Assembly (NCBI GenBank): GCA_036721445.1 | Contig: DAIMKZ010000001.1 | Span: forward strand, 1,175 to 65,174 | Origin: Candidatus Delongbacteria bacterium | Lineage (GTDB): Bacteria > UBA4055 | Length of the DNA stretch: 64,000 nucleotides | Direction of reading: 5' to 3' | Part shown: positions 38,949 to 49,453 of the stretch, piece after piece | Position numbering within the stretch: position 1 is the stretch's first letter | Layout: the number at the start of each line of letters is the position of its first letter | Notes under the pieces: model-generated | The model's input: only the letters and a program-made list of their open reading frames with translations | Databases searched by the model: none | What the model was told of the DNA's origin: nothing | Translations under genes and position numbers: made by a program

Positions 38949-39739
38949 TACTGCTCATCCTTTAAGTGTTTATTTATTATTCTGAACATATCCCCGAAAA
39001 CGGCCGGTTGCGCGCATATAATGCACCCGTTGTTTAGAAAACCGCCTTCTCCCCTAAAGTCACTTACAGCTGCTCCCGCTTCCTTCGCGATTACAACTCC
39101 TGCGGCCATATCCCAAGGTGACAGCCACCCTTCAAAGAATCCGTCGAACCTTCCCGCAGCAACATAGGCAAGATCAAGTGCCGCACTTCCCATTCTGCGT
39201 ATTCCTGAAGATGAAGCTAGTATTTCCGACAGACAGGTAAAATATTTATCTCTCTTACAGGGTCTTCTGAATGGCATACCGGTGGCTATCAGACATTGAC
39301 TTATTACTTTAGGGGACGATACCTGAATTTTACTTCCGTTCAAAAACGATCCTCCTCCCTTAAAGGCATGGAAAAATTCATCTGAGTAAGGGTCATATAT
39401 TACACCTGCCTGAATATCGCCTTCCGTATAAAAACCTATTGAAACGGCGCTGTGCTTCAGTCCGTGTATAAAATTGGTCGTTCCGTCTAGAGGGTCGATT
39501 ATCCACAGATCGTTTTTGGGCTCAAAGCTGCCGCCGTCCTCCTCGGCCAGAAAGTTATGGTCCGGAAATTCCTGCAGGATGATATTTTTTATCATATCCT
39601 GACATTTGACATCTGTTTCTGTTATGTAATCCGAAGGTGATTTTATTGTAATTCCGGAAGGCTCGGATTCTCTGATCACTTCTCCTGCTGCGCGTGCCGC
39701 CTTAACTGATATCTGAATTATTTTCGAAAGAGCTACCAT
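38948..39739 (-). CDS. suhB: inositol monophosphatase family protein
   Basis: 'WIIDPLDGTTNF' and 'DPYSDE' metal-binding motifs. Confidence 0.8.
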   Translation of the reverse strand: MVALSKIIQISVKAARAAGEVIRESEPSGITIKSPSDYITETDVKCQDMIKNIILQEFPDHNFLAEEDGGSFEPKNDLWIIDPLDGTTNFIHGLKHSAVSIGFYTEGDIQAGVIYDPYSDEFFHAFKGGGSFLNGSKIQVSSPKVISQCLIATGMPFRRPCKRDKYFTCLSEILASSSGIRRMGSAALDLAYVAAGRFDGFFEGWLSPWDMAAGVVIAKEAGAAVSDFRGEGGFLNNGCIICAQPAVFGDMFRIINKHLKDEQ

Positions 39740-40455
39740 TTTACTTTTTTCCTGTTCAGATAATGCTGAGCTTCTTTATGTCCCAGCCTTGCAGCTTTCT
39801 TTGTGTAGAAAAGATTTTTATCTCTCTGTTTCATTGTTTCATAAACGATCCCGATATTGTAATATGCATCTGCGTGATTTTTATCAAGCTCTATCGCTTT
39901 CATATAATGATTCAACGCCATTTCCATGAAACCTTTAGCATATAAAGACGCTCCGATATTGTTATTGATGTCGGCGGAATTCGGGTCGAGTTCAAGAGCT
40001 TTCCTGTAATACGCAAGAGCCTCATCGTAATCTTTCAGAACATGATATACACCTCCGAGTCCTTTATATGCCGCCGGCGAACCGGGATTTAGTTCCGCGA
40101 CCTTCAGATAGGATTCAACTGCATGGTTATAGTAACCTTTTTTACGGTATGCTATGGCTTTGTTAAGATAAGCCTCGTGATAATCCTTATTGACGGCAAT
40201 AGCCTGATTGTAATAAATGATCGCCTTATCATAATCACCCAGCTTCACATGGCAGACGCCGAGATTATAATACCCCTCCGCAAATCCGGGATTTTTTTTC
40301 ACTGATTTCTCAAAATGAGATATAGCCTGAATTACCATACCTTTCTGATAGGCTTCAATTCCGTCTGCGAAGAAATTATCAGCTTTTACTTCGGCAGCTG
40401 ACAGCATCAGTATCAAAAATAAATATTTAAGCATTGTCTCTCCGTTTAATTTCAA
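39733..40455 (-). CDS. secreted TPR-repeat protein
   Basis: Signal peptide and about 6 canonical TPRs (e.g. 'AEGYYNLGVCHVKLGDYDKAIIYYNQAIAVN'). Confidence 0.6.
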   Translation of the reverse strand: MKLNGETMLKYLFLILMLSAAEVKADNFFADGIEAYQKGMVIQAISHFEKSVKKNPGFAEGYYNLGVCHVKLGDYDKAIIYYNQAIAVNKDYHEAYLNKAIAYRKKGYYNHAVESYLKVAELNPGSPAAYKGLGGVYHVLKDYDEALAYYRKALELDPNSADINNNIGASLYAKGFMEMALNHYMKAIELDKNHADAYYNIGIVYETMKQRDKNLFYTKKAARLGHKEAQHYLNRKKVKW

Positions 40456-42130
40456 TACAGTGATAGAAATTTTTCAGTTCCTCGATTTTTCTTTCATACT
40501 TCAGAAAATCTTTTTTTGAAGGTTTGCCAAGTTTCTCTGCTGTCTCCTTCGCGATACTCATATAGTCTTTTCTGAATTTTTCAATATCATTAAGAGATAT
40601 TTTTTCTGTATCGAAATCGTCGTTTATACTGAATTCTCTGAAACTGCTTTTATGCCCGATATACCTCCATTCTGAAGTGACTGGATCAAAACCGTACAAT
40701 TTAAGGAACCTTTCACCATATTCTGCTATGAATTCTATTGCATCAATTATGTACCTTACGTCATTTTCTGTGAATATCCAGTGAAGATTTACTCTTACCC
40801 ATCCGGGTTTTACGCCGGAGATACCTTCACCAACGACAATTTCCCTGTATTTCAAAGACATTTCATTTGAAATATGGAGAAGTCTGTGACCGTAGGGTCC
40901 CGCACATGAACAGCCGGCCCTTGACTGAATCCCGAAAAGGTCGCTTAAAAGCCTTGTTACCAATCTTGGATGAAGGTATTTGTCGAGATGCCTAATATTG
41001 AAAGACACAATCGCAATTCTCTTATGCGGATTTTTATTCCCCATTATCTCAACTTTACCGCTGTTCCTGAAATGACCGAAGAAAAGCTTCTTATTTCTAT
41101 CCTCCAGTTTTTCGATCTCTTTGGTACCTATCCTGCTTTTCAACTCCATTGCAAAAGCTGTTTTTATTGTCTGAAGAATGGGAGGAGTGCCTGCCTTTTC
41201 TCTTGTTTCAATGTCCTTGGAATAATCCTGATCCGTAAAACCTACGAAGTCGACTGTTCCTCCGCCTGCAGTTGTAGGAGGAAGATCCGAACGGTACAGT
41301 TCTTTTCTGAAGATGAGCACTCCGGCGCTTCCCGGACCTCCGAGAAACTTATGCGGCGAGAAAAAAACCGCATCAAAATAACTTGTTTCATTTTTTCTCA
41401 CATTAATATCGGTATAAGGTGCGACTGCTGCAAAATCAAAGAAAATATATGCGCCGTTACTATGAGCTATTTTCGCAAGTTCATATGTATCTGTTATAAT
41501 ACCTGTAATATTTGATCCGGCCGAGAAAGAACAGTATTTCACTTTATCTTTGTACTTATCTTTTTTCAGCTCAAGATCAAGCATTTCCTTGTCAATTTCA
41601 CCTTCATCGTCAAGTTCAATAACCACTATATCCGCGAAAGACTCTCTCCACATAACTTCATTTGTGTGGTGTTCATAAGGACCTATGAAAACGACCGGCC
41701 TGTCGATCTTTATCTTTTCAAGGATGCTGCAGGATTCACAGCCCAGACTCTTTATTGAAGAAAACATCCTGTCTTTTGTGTGGGGAGGTATGTATATACC
41801 TAGTATCTCCTGAAGCCTCTTCAGAGCGCCTGTCGATCCTGATCCGACCGAGATTATCTTGTAATTTTCATCCGTATTTACAAGCTCTTTTATTTTTTTT
41901 TCTGCCCCGTGAAGAAGTGTTGTCAGGTATTCTCCGGAGTAATCGTCAGTAGTATGTGTATTTGCGTAAGATTTTTCAATATTCTGAAGTTTTTCTTCAA
42001 TGAATTTCAGGTTCCTTCCCGAAGCAGTGTAGTCGGCATAGAAAAGGTTCCTTTTCCCGAACGGGGTTTCGAACACTGAGTCGATGCCTATTATCTGATC
42101 CCTTACAAAATCTGCGCTTATCTTTTTCAT
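40427..42130 (-). CDS. aminotransferase class V fold PLP-dependent enzyme (cysteine desulfurase-like), extended 567 aa form
   Basis: 'SPHKFLGGPGSAGVLIF' PLP-lysine motif and 'AGCSCAGPYGH'. Extra N- and C-terminal regions. Confidence 0.6.
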   Translation of the reverse strand: MKKISADFVRDQIIGIDSVFETPFGKRNLFYADYTASGRNLKFIEEKLQNIEKSYANTHTTDDYSGEYLTTLLHGAEKKIKELVNTDENYKIISVGSGSTGALKRLQEILGIYIPPHTKDRMFSSIKSLGCESCSILEKIKIDRPVVFIGPYEHHTNEVMWRESFADIVVIELDDEGEIDKEMLDLELKKDKYKDKVKYCSFSAGSNITGIITDTYELAKIAHSNGAYIFFDFAAVAPYTDINVRKNETSYFDAVFFSPHKFLGGPGSAGVLIFRKELYRSDLPPTTAGGGTVDFVGFTDQDYSKDIETREKAGTPPILQTIKTAFAMELKSRIGTKEIEKLEDRNKKLFFGHFRNSGKVEIMGNKNPHKRIAIVSFNIRHLDKYLHPRLVTRLLSDLFGIQSRAGCSCAGPYGHRLLHISNEMSLKYREIVVGEGISGVKPGWVRVNLHWIFTENDVRYIIDAIEFIAEYGERFLKLYGFDPVTSEWRYIGHKSSFREFSINDDFDTEKISLNDIEKFRKDYMSIAKETAEKLGKPSKKDFLKYERKIEELKNFYHCIEIKRRDNA

Positions 42131-42212
42131 AATTATTTATCCCTGCTTTAGATCCGAGCCATAAATATAAATAATATCAACATCGATTTCTATACAAAAA
42201 GTAAAAGAATTT

Positions 42213-44060
42213 TTACTGATTATCCGGCACACAGATTTTCATAACACATTTCTTACAATCGAATTCAAGGATGTACTTACGGTCATTGAGAACAAGACAA
42301 AGCGGCTCGCTCATCTTTGCCGTTCCTCCGTATTTTGAGCATGAACCGAGATGATATTTCAGACAATGTCTGGATGTCATAAGGACTTTTATCTGTTTTC
42401 TCTCCGATATCTCATAAGCATTTTCGACAATTTCAGCACCGCAAGACTTGTAATATTCGCGGGATAATTGATTTGATACATTGTAAGACCGGTCAATTTT
42501 AGCTACGGGAGAATAAATCTTTCTTTTAGGCTGAAGCTTTGGCGGGCGAATGTAGTTCTTTAGCCTTATTTCCAATAATATCTTCAGCATTTCTCTTCTC
42601 CATCCGTTTATAACAGATACGGGAATAAAAATATCCTGTCCCGATGCTATCCCGATTTTGATAACACTGAATATCGTACTCCCTGTTTTGGACATCTGCT
42701 TTCTGATATTTTCTTCAGAGACCGAAGCATCTTTAGCTTTTGTTCCTTGGTGCGGGAATTGCGATTCCGCCTTATTTCCGTCCTCATCAGACGCTATAAT
42801 GGTGAAAATTCCTTCTGATTCCGAAATGTCTATTACTGCGCCCACACGCCTTTCGGCACCAGATAATACAGCCTTTTCGAATGAAGGATTTTCGTTCCTG
42901 AAAATATCAGTTCCGATGAATTGAGGCATTTTTTTGAACGGTGATATTTTCTCACCGTCAACAGAATTAATATTTACTCCGTCGACTTCCCCGTTCCTGC
43001 CGGTCCAGCAGATACCGTCACCGTTTTTTAGATCGTGTCCACGATCAAGGATGAAATGATTTCTTTCTATATTCCTGACCTTACCTATAAATTCTCCAAG
43101 TGAACTCTGACCTTTATCTGATATAACTGATCCTTTCCTACCATAGTAAAAATATTGTGTAAAACCTCTGTTGAAGGATTTATCGGGGTCCGGACTGTAG
43201 CTTAAATTCACTTTGCCTGATGATGCTCTGCAGTATTTTCCATTGCTCTCTGCAACGATCCTGTCAAGTTCCTGCGAATATTTTGCGGTCACATTGCCGA
43301 TATAAGGAGCGTCTTTCAGCCTTCCTTCTATCTTGAAAGAAGTCACACCTGCATCGATCATATCCTGCAAATGCCCTGACATGGAAAGATCGTTTGTCGA
43401 GAGCAGATATTTATTCTCTGCTATCACATTTCCTTTTTCGTCGGTAAGATCGAAAGGAAGTCTGCAGACCTGCATGCACTCTCCCCTGTTCGAGCTCCTT
43501 CCGGAGAGAAACTGCGAGAAATAACACTTTCCCGAGTATGAAACGCACAATGCACCGTGAACGAACGCTTCGAGCTCAATATCTGGGACTTCCTTATGTA
43601 TCTTCCGTATCTCTTCCAGGCTAAGCTCACGGGCTAGGATCACACGCGAAAAACCGGAATCCCGCAAAAACCTTATGCGTCCGGCATCTTCATTGCCGCA
43701 TTGGGTCGAAGCAATGATTTCAATGGGCGGAAGATCGAGCTTCAGTATTCCCATATCCTGAATTATAACAGCGTCAGCACCTGATCGATAAGCTTTGTTC
43801 AGTGAACCCTGAACTTGATTTTCTTCTCCGTCATAGAATATCGTATTTATCGCGACATATACTCTTGCATAGTACTGACGGGCGAATGAACAAAGTTTTC
43901 CGATATCGTCCCAGGAATTTCCGGCAGCTTTACGGGCCGAGAAACCTGGTCCTCCGATATAAACAGCGTCAGCTCCTGACATTACGGCCAGCATACCTGA
44001 CTGCAGATCTTTAGCAGGCGACAGCAGCTCGAGACGTATTTTATCCGGTTTTCTCATCAT
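42213..44060 (-). CDS. U32 family enzyme (RlhA/YdcP-length; formerly peptidase U32)
   Basis: 'ELLSPAKDL...GADAVYIGG' N-terminus, 'ALCVSYSGKCYFSQF...GECMQVCR' Cys cluster, plus a C-terminal extension with additional CxxC/Cx4C motifs. Confidence 0.7.
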   Translation of the reverse strand: MMRKPDKIRLELLSPAKDLQSGMLAVMSGADAVYIGGPGFSARKAAGNSWDDIGKLCSFARQYYARVYVAINTIFYDGEENQVQGSLNKAYRSGADAVIIQDMGILKLDLPPIEIIASTQCGNEDAGRIRFLRDSGFSRVILARELSLEEIRKIHKEVPDIELEAFVHGALCVSYSGKCYFSQFLSGRSSNRGECMQVCRLPFDLTDEKGNVIAENKYLLSTNDLSMSGHLQDMIDAGVTSFKIEGRLKDAPYIGNVTAKYSQELDRIVAESNGKYCRASSGKVNLSYSPDPDKSFNRGFTQYFYYGRKGSVISDKGQSSLGEFIGKVRNIERNHFILDRGHDLKNGDGICWTGRNGEVDGVNINSVDGEKISPFKKMPQFIGTDIFRNENPSFEKAVLSGAERRVGAVIDISESEGIFTIIASDEDGNKAESQFPHQGTKAKDASVSEENIRKQMSKTGSTIFSVIKIGIASGQDIFIPVSVINGWRREMLKILLEIRLKNYIRPPKLQPKRKIYSPVAKIDRSYNVSNQLSREYYKSCGAEIVENAYEISERKQIKVLMTSRHCLKYHLGSCSKYGGTAKMSEPLCLVLNDRKYILEFDCKKCVMKICVPDNQ

Positions 44061-44169
44061 GACTGAATTGTAATCCTATAATAAGGAAAAAGCAATTTCT
44101 AAATATAAAGTTTGATAAAAACGAATTAATAAAATAAATTACAGGATAATTTGAAAGACGGGAGTGCCG

Positions 44170-45267
44170 ATGAAAATACCTTTTGTTGATCTTAAAGCTA
44201 ATTATCTTTCAATAAAAGACGAGATCGATAACGCTATAAGCAGCGTAATTAACCGGACGGCTTTTATAAAAGGAGAGGAGCTGGAGCAATTCGAGAAGAA
44301 CTGGGCAGAAATGTGCGGTGCGGCTTTTTGCGCCGGAACATCGAACGGAACAGCTTCACTTGAGCTTATACTGAGATCTTTAAATATTGGTCCCGGAGAC
44401 GAAGTTATATGTCCGTCGCATACATTCATAGCGACCGCTGAAGCCATAGTGAACTGCGGTGCGAAACCGGTATTCGCCGACTGTCACGACAGTACGGCGC
44501 TGATAGACGCGAACGAGGTCAGAAAAGCTTTGACAGATCGAACGAAAGCTGTCATAATTGTCGATCTTTACGGTCAGCCGGCAGATCATGATGCTGTAGT
44601 AGAAGTAGTGGCTGATAAGGAAATTACAGTTATTCAGGATGCTGCCCAGTCGCATCTTGCGGAATACAAGAAAAAACCCGTCGGCAGCTACGCAAAAGTG
44701 ACGTCTTTCAGTTTCTACCCAGGCAAAAACATGGGAGCTTTCGGGGATGCGGGAGCAGCCGTTACGAACGACGAAGAACTTTTTAAAAAAATAAAAATGC
44801 TTTCTGACCACGGAAGAACAACAAAATACGAACATCAGTTCCCCGGTACGAATGCAAGAATGGATAATCTGCAGGCCGCGATCCTCAAAGTAAAAATGAA
44901 ACACCTTTCAGAATGGAATGAAAAAAGACGAAAGATAGTAAAAAAATACAAGAACGCTCTGGAAGACCGTATCGCTTTTATTGACGAGGAATCTTTTGCA
45001 CGATCGGTCTATCATCTGTGCGCGGTAAGAACACCGTACAGAAAAGATCTGATCAAATTCCTTGAAGAACATGAAGTTTCAACCGGAATACATTATCCGA
45101 TACCTCTTCACATGCAGCCCGCTTTCAAAGAGCTCGGATACAATGCGGGAGATCTTCCAAGATCTGAGAAAATATCTGAAGAGGTCATGTCGCTTCCTGT
45201 ATTCCCTGAAATGACAGACGAACAGACGGATTTTGTAATTGATCAGGTAAAAGAGTATTTCAGATAA
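44170..45267 (+). CDS. DegT/DnrJ/EryC1/StrS-family sugar aminotransferase (ArnB/perosamine-synthase-like)
   Basis: 'SFSFYPGKNMGAFGDAGAAVTND' PLP-lysine motif. GGGAG sits 7 nt upstream of the ATG at 44170. Confidence 0.8.
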   Translation: MKIPFVDLKANYLSIKDEIDNAISSVINRTAFIKGEELEQFEKNWAEMCGAAFCAGTSNGTASLELILRSLNIGPGDEVICPSHTFIATAEAIVNCGAKPVFADCHDSTALIDANEVRKALTDRTKAVIIVDLYGQPADHDAVVEVVADKEITVIQDAAQSHLAEYKKKPVGSYAKVTSFSFYPGKNMGAFGDAGAAVTNDEELFKKIKMLSDHGRTTKYEHQFPGTNARMDNLQAAILKVKMKHLSEWNEKRRKIVKKYKNALEDRIAFIDEESFARSVYHLCAVRTPYRKDLIKFLEEHEVSTGIHYPIPLHMQPAFKELGYNAGDLPRSEKISEEVMSLPVFPEMTDEQTDFVIDQVKEYFR

Positions 45268-45277
45268 TGAGGCTGTT

Positions 45278-46159
45278 ATGATTTCAAAACCAGTATCACT
45301 AGTACTTCCGGCTTATAACGAGGAAAAAGCTATAGCTGCTTCTCTGGACAGGATCATCTCTTTCATGAGAGATCATTTTGAAGACTTTGAAGTTATTGTC
45401 GTGAATGATGCTTCGACAGATAACACAGCCGGTGAAGTTTCAAAATTCTCTGAAGTAACACTTGTGTCTCACCCCTATAACAAGGGAAACGGATCAGCTG
45501 TGAGAACAGGTATCAGGAATGCTAAGAAAGAATTCGTTGTTATGATGGACGCCGACGGACAGCATGAAATAGCTGACATAGAAAAGATCGCTGAGCTGCT
45601 GGGCGTTTATGACTGTGTTGTCGGAGCCAGAACTGCGTCTTCAGAAGGCTCTTTTCACAGGAATATCGCAAATGTTTTTTATAACTGGCTTGCAAGCTAT
45701 GTTACAAATGTCAGGATCGAAGATCTGACAAGCGGTTACAGGGGATTCAAAACCTCTGTGATCAAAAAATTCCTTTATATGTTCCCAAACGGATTTTCTT
45801 ACCCGACCACTTCCACTCTGGCAATAATTAAAGCCGGGTATAATCTCAAGTACTGCCCGATACATACAAAAAAGAGGATAGGCAAAAGCAAGATCAGGAT
45901 ATTCAGGGACGGCTTCAGATTTCTTCTGATCATAATTAAGATCACCATGCTTTTCTCTCCTCTAAAAGTTTTTCTACCCGTCAGCCTTATTTTTGTACTT
46001 GGAGGTCTGGCTCATATGTTCTATAAAATAATCCTTCTTGGAGCAAGGTACACGCAGTTCTCTATCTTTCTGATAAGCGTGGGCGTAATAATCTTTCTGA
46101 TAGGGCTGCTTTCTGAGCAGATATCCACACTGCGTTACGATAAAGTCGAAGAGGACTGA
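45278..46159 (+). CDS. GT2 polyprenol-phosphate glycosyltransferase (DPM1/ArnC-like) with C-terminal TM hairpin
   Basis: 'VLPAYNEE', 'VVNDASTDNT', 'DADGQH' (DXD) and two C-terminal TMs. Confidence 0.75.
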   Translation: MISKPVSLVLPAYNEEKAIAASLDRIISFMRDHFEDFEVIVVNDASTDNTAGEVSKFSEVTLVSHPYNKGNGSAVRTGIRNAKKEFVVMMDADGQHEIADIEKIAELLGVYDCVVGARTASSEGSFHRNIANVFYNWLASYVTNVRIEDLTSGYRGFKTSVIKKFLYMFPNGFSYPTTSTLAIIKAGYNLKYCPIHTKKRIGKSKIRIFRDGFRFLLIIIKITMLFSPLKVFLPVSLIFVLGGLAHMFYKIILLGARYTQFSIFLISVGVIIFLIGLLSEQISTLRYDKVEED

Positions 46160-46164
46160 TAAAA

Positions 46165-47247
46165 ATGATCCACATCGTTATCGGAACAAAAGCTCAGCTT
46201 ATCAAAATGGCCCCTGTCATGAAGGAATTGAGCCTGAGAGGGACAGACTACAATTACATCTCGACCGGTCAGCATAAAGAAACTATCGAAGACATTCTGG
46301 ATAATTTCAAGATCAAAAAACCTGACATTCAGCTTTATTCCGGAAAAGACATCACTTCAGTTCTGTCTATGATAATCTGGTCTATGAGAATACTTACCCG
46401 ATCGCTTTTTAGAAGAAAAATGATTTTCCGGAATGATAAAAAAGGAATAGTTCTTGTTCACGGGGATACCCTCAGCACGGTTATCGGTGCTCTGATGGGA
46501 AAATTTTCCGGGCTTAAGGTCGGTCATGTCGAATCAGGCTTAAGGTCATTTAATATTTTTCAGCCTTTCCCGGAAGAAATTTTCAGAAAGATCACTTTTA
46601 GGCTCTCAGACATGATGTTCTGCCCCGGAGAATGGGCTGTTAATAATCTCAGGAAATATCGCGGCATGAAGATCAATACGCATTTGAACACTCTTTACGA
46701 TTCTCTGAATTATGCCGCTCCCGCGATAGGACTCATCAATGATGTGCAGATACCTCGTGACGAATTTGCCGTTGTCACTCTTCACAGATTCGAGAATGTA
46801 AAGAACAAAGAAATGCTTGAAAAAATAATTGATCTTCTCGTTTTAGTCTCGAAAAAGATCAGGCTTTTATTCATTCTTCATAATATTACAGAGAAAAAAC
46901 TGATACGGTACGGCCTGATTGAAAAGCTTCGGAACGATCCTTCAATTGAGCTCAGAAAAAGATATGACTATTTCAGATTCATCAAGCTGATAAAAAATGC
47001 CGAGTTCGTAATATCCGACGGGGGAAGCAATCAGGAGGAATGTTCCTATCTTAAAAAACCCGTCCTTCTGTTCCGCAATGTCACTGAAAGAAATGAAGGC
47101 CTGGGTCAGAATGCAGTGATCTCAAAATTCGATCAGAACATCATCATGCATTTTGTTGAAAACTACAAAGAACTTAAAGGACCGGAAACAGATGAAAGTA
47201 TAAAACCCTCGGCGATCATAATAAACAATTGCATTGACTTTATCTGA
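46165..47247 (+). CDS. UDP-N-acetylglucosamine 2-epimerase-like protein
   Basis: 'VIGTKAQLIKMAPV', 'VHGDTLST', 'HVESGLRS' and 'SDGGSNQEE' correspond to WecB/Epimerase_2 motifs. Confidence 0.65.
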   Translation: MIHIVIGTKAQLIKMAPVMKELSLRGTDYNYISTGQHKETIEDILDNFKIKKPDIQLYSGKDITSVLSMIIWSMRILTRSLFRRKMIFRNDKKGIVLVHGDTLSTVIGALMGKFSGLKVGHVESGLRSFNIFQPFPEEIFRKITFRLSDMMFCPGEWAVNNLRKYRGMKINTHLNTLYDSLNYAAPAIGLINDVQIPRDEFAVVTLHRFENVKNKEMLEKIIDLLVLVSKKIRLLFILHNITEKKLIRYGLIEKLRNDPSIELRKRYDYFRFIKLIKNAEFVISDGGSNQEECSYLKKPVLLFRNVTERNEGLGQNAVISKFDQNIIMHFVENYKELKGPETDESIKPSAIIINNCIDFI

Positions 47248-47286
47248 GGGGTTATATATCATTGGCCGAATATAAAAACGGATAAG

Positions 47287-48510
47287 ATGAAAACACTAGT
47301 TCAGCTATATTTGAAAGACCTGTTGAGAAATAAAATGCTCGGCCTTATGGTTCTACTTGTTCCGATAATATTTTATCCCCTTATTTACTGGGGAATAAAC
47401 CAGTTCCTTATGGTCAAAACCGGTTTTTCGGACAGCAGGAAACTTACACTTTCCTATACTATTGAACAGGACGAGTTTTTACAGCTGGAAGATTCTCTGA
47501 TGGCAGTAAAGAACCTGATACTTGAAAGAACCGATAATTCAGACACAGGTAAAGATAGGATGCAGCTGATCGTTTCCAATAAAGGAGGACTGCCTCTTTA
47601 CTCCGTAATTATGGACAGCTCAAATTCGAATCACAAAGAGTTTTATCCCAGGATCGAGAATAAGCTTATCGGTTTTTATGAAACGAAAAAAAAAGAGTTA
47701 ATAGAAAATAAAGGATTCGAGAATGAATATTTTGACGTATTTCAAATTGAAACCAGAAATTCGGAAGGAGAGCATGAGATCATAAGAAAAATGCTCTCGC
47801 TCCTTATACCTCTGTTATCCGTTATCTCAATAATATCAGCTGCCGCCGCCGCGTCTGTTGAAATTACATCCGGCCAGTCGGAAGACAGAACGGCAGAGAC
47901 ATCACTGACACTTCCTCTGAAAAGGGAGAGCGTTATTATTTCGAAACTGCTGACCGTTAATATTTACGCATTGCTTGCAGGAACTGTCAATTTTGTTTTC
48001 CTTGTAGTTTTCATAATTACCATCTTCAGTTCCCTGATAACAGGAGTCTCGGAAGATATGACCGGGTTCAGCTGGAGTGAAATTTTCAGTCTGAATATTA
48101 TTATTATCGCACTGGTCTCGCTTCTTCTGACTTCCTTCTTCGTAAGCGTTATTTTTATTACAGCTTCAGGCTTTGCTTCTAAAAGAAAAGAGGGAGGTGT
48201 CATGATATCGCCTTTTACGGCTTTTCTGACATATCTTCCTCTTGTCCTTGTCATACCTGCGGTAGATCCCAATATTTTCATAGCTGCGACGCCTGTTCTG
48301 AACATATCCTTCTGTCTGAAACTGCTGATCGAGAACAATACCGACTTGATTTTCATGGCCGAAACAGCTCTATTTTCGATCCTGTGGCTTGTGATAATAT
48401 ATAAACTTTTCTTCCCGTTCCTCGTTGAAGAGGAAGTGCTTCTGGGTTATTCAGGCTCATCCATAACAAAAAAAATAAAAACAAAGTGGTCAAGATGGAA
48501 GAAACGATAA
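47287..48510 (+). CDS. ABC-2 type exporter permease
   Basis: N-terminal TM, large extracytoplasmic loop, then 5 TMs. Immediately upstream of an ABC ATPase. Confidence 0.55.
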   Translation: MKTLVQLYLKDLLRNKMLGLMVLLVPIIFYPLIYWGINQFLMVKTGFSDSRKLTLSYTIEQDEFLQLEDSLMAVKNLILERTDNSDTGKDRMQLIVSNKGGLPLYSVIMDSSNSNHKEFYPRIENKLIGFYETKKKELIENKGFENEYFDVFQIETRNSEGEHEIIRKMLSLLIPLLSVISIISAAAAASVEITSGQSEDRTAETSLTLPLKRESVIISKLLTVNIYALLAGTVNFVFLVVFIITIFSSLITGVSEDMTGFSWSEIFSLNIIIIALVSLLLTSFFVSVIFITASGFASKRKEGGVMISPFTAFLTYLPLVLVIPAVDPNIFIAATPVLNISFCLKLLIENNTDLIFMAETALFSILWLVIIYKLFFPFLVEEEVLLGYSGSSITKKIKTKWSRWKKR

Positions 48511-49256
48511 CTATAAAAGAACTGAACAAGGAATTTTATGATCCTCAGAGAGGAACTGTAAAGGCTGTGAACAATATAAGTTTTACCGCCTATAAAGGCG
48601 AAGTGTTCGGACTTTTGGGACCGAACGGCGCGGGAAAGACTACGACTTTAAGAATGATGGCTACTCTGATGCAGCCGGATTCAGGTTATATCAGCATCGC
48701 GGGATTCAGCACCTCGGAAAACCCTGAGGATGTCAGAAGGTCTATCGGGTACATGTCTTCGAATACAGCTTTATATCCAAGGCTGTCGCCAAGAGAGATC
48801 ATAAGATATTTTGCCGAGCTTAACGATTATCCTGAGAGCGAGATAACTTTAAGGGTCGAACAGCTCATAAGCTATTTTGGTATAGGTGAATATGCTGACA
48901 CTTATTCTGAAAAACTTTCAACAGGTATGAAGCAGATAACTTCTATCGCAAGAACGATCGTTCACGATCCAGCGGTTCTTATCCTTGATGAACCCAGTTC
49001 CGGACTTGATGTAATCGTTTCTCAGAAGATACACAGCTACATAAAAGACCTTAGAGATCAGGGCAAAACTATTATATTCTCTTCCCATAATATGGGGGAA
49101 GTGGAAAAGATCTGCGACAGAATAGGGATCATTAACAACGGAAAACTGCTTGCGGTAGGAACAATAGAAAACCTTCGCGAGCAGACAGGAGAATATTACA
49201 TGGAGAATATTTTCATCAAAGTAGTAAACGAATTTGAAAAAAAGACGGTTTTATGA
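48495..49256 (+). CDS. ABC transporter ATP-binding protein
   Basis: Walker A 'GPNGAGKTT', signature 'LSTGMKQ', Walker B 'ILDEPSSGLD' and H-loop. Confidence 0.85.
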   Translation: MEETITIKELNKEFYDPQRGTVKAVNNISFTAYKGEVFGLLGPNGAGKTTTLRMMATLMQPDSGYISIAGFSTSENPEDVRRSIGYMSSNTALYPRLSPREIIRYFAELNDYPESEITLRVEQLISYFGIGEYADTYSEKLSTGMKQITSIARTIVHDPAVLILDEPSSGLDVIVSQKIHSYIKDLRDQGKTIIFSSHNMGEVEKICDRIGIINNGKLLAVGTIENLREQTGEYYMENIFIKVVNEFEKKTVL

Positions 49257-49441
49257 AGATAAAGAGCAGAAATAAAACAACAATGCTGAAAGAGGATACA
49301 TCCCCGCTTTCATTTATTAAAGGAACTCCTGTACTCCCTGCTCTATCAAAGAAGAATGTGGACGAAATAATCGATCTGCTTGAAGAACTTGACGCGGAAA
49401 GCAGATTTTACAACGAGGAAGACAGTACTGAAACTGAATAA
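49253..49441 (+). CDS. small acidic hypothetical protein (62 aa)
   Basis: ATGA-coupled to the ABC ATPase stop. Acidic C-terminus. No homology is recognisable by eye. Confidence 0.3.
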   Translation: MKIKSRNKTTMLKEDTSPLSFIKGTPVLPALSKKNVDEIIDLLEELDAESRFYNEEDSTETE

Positions 49442-49453
49442 AGGACGAAAATA

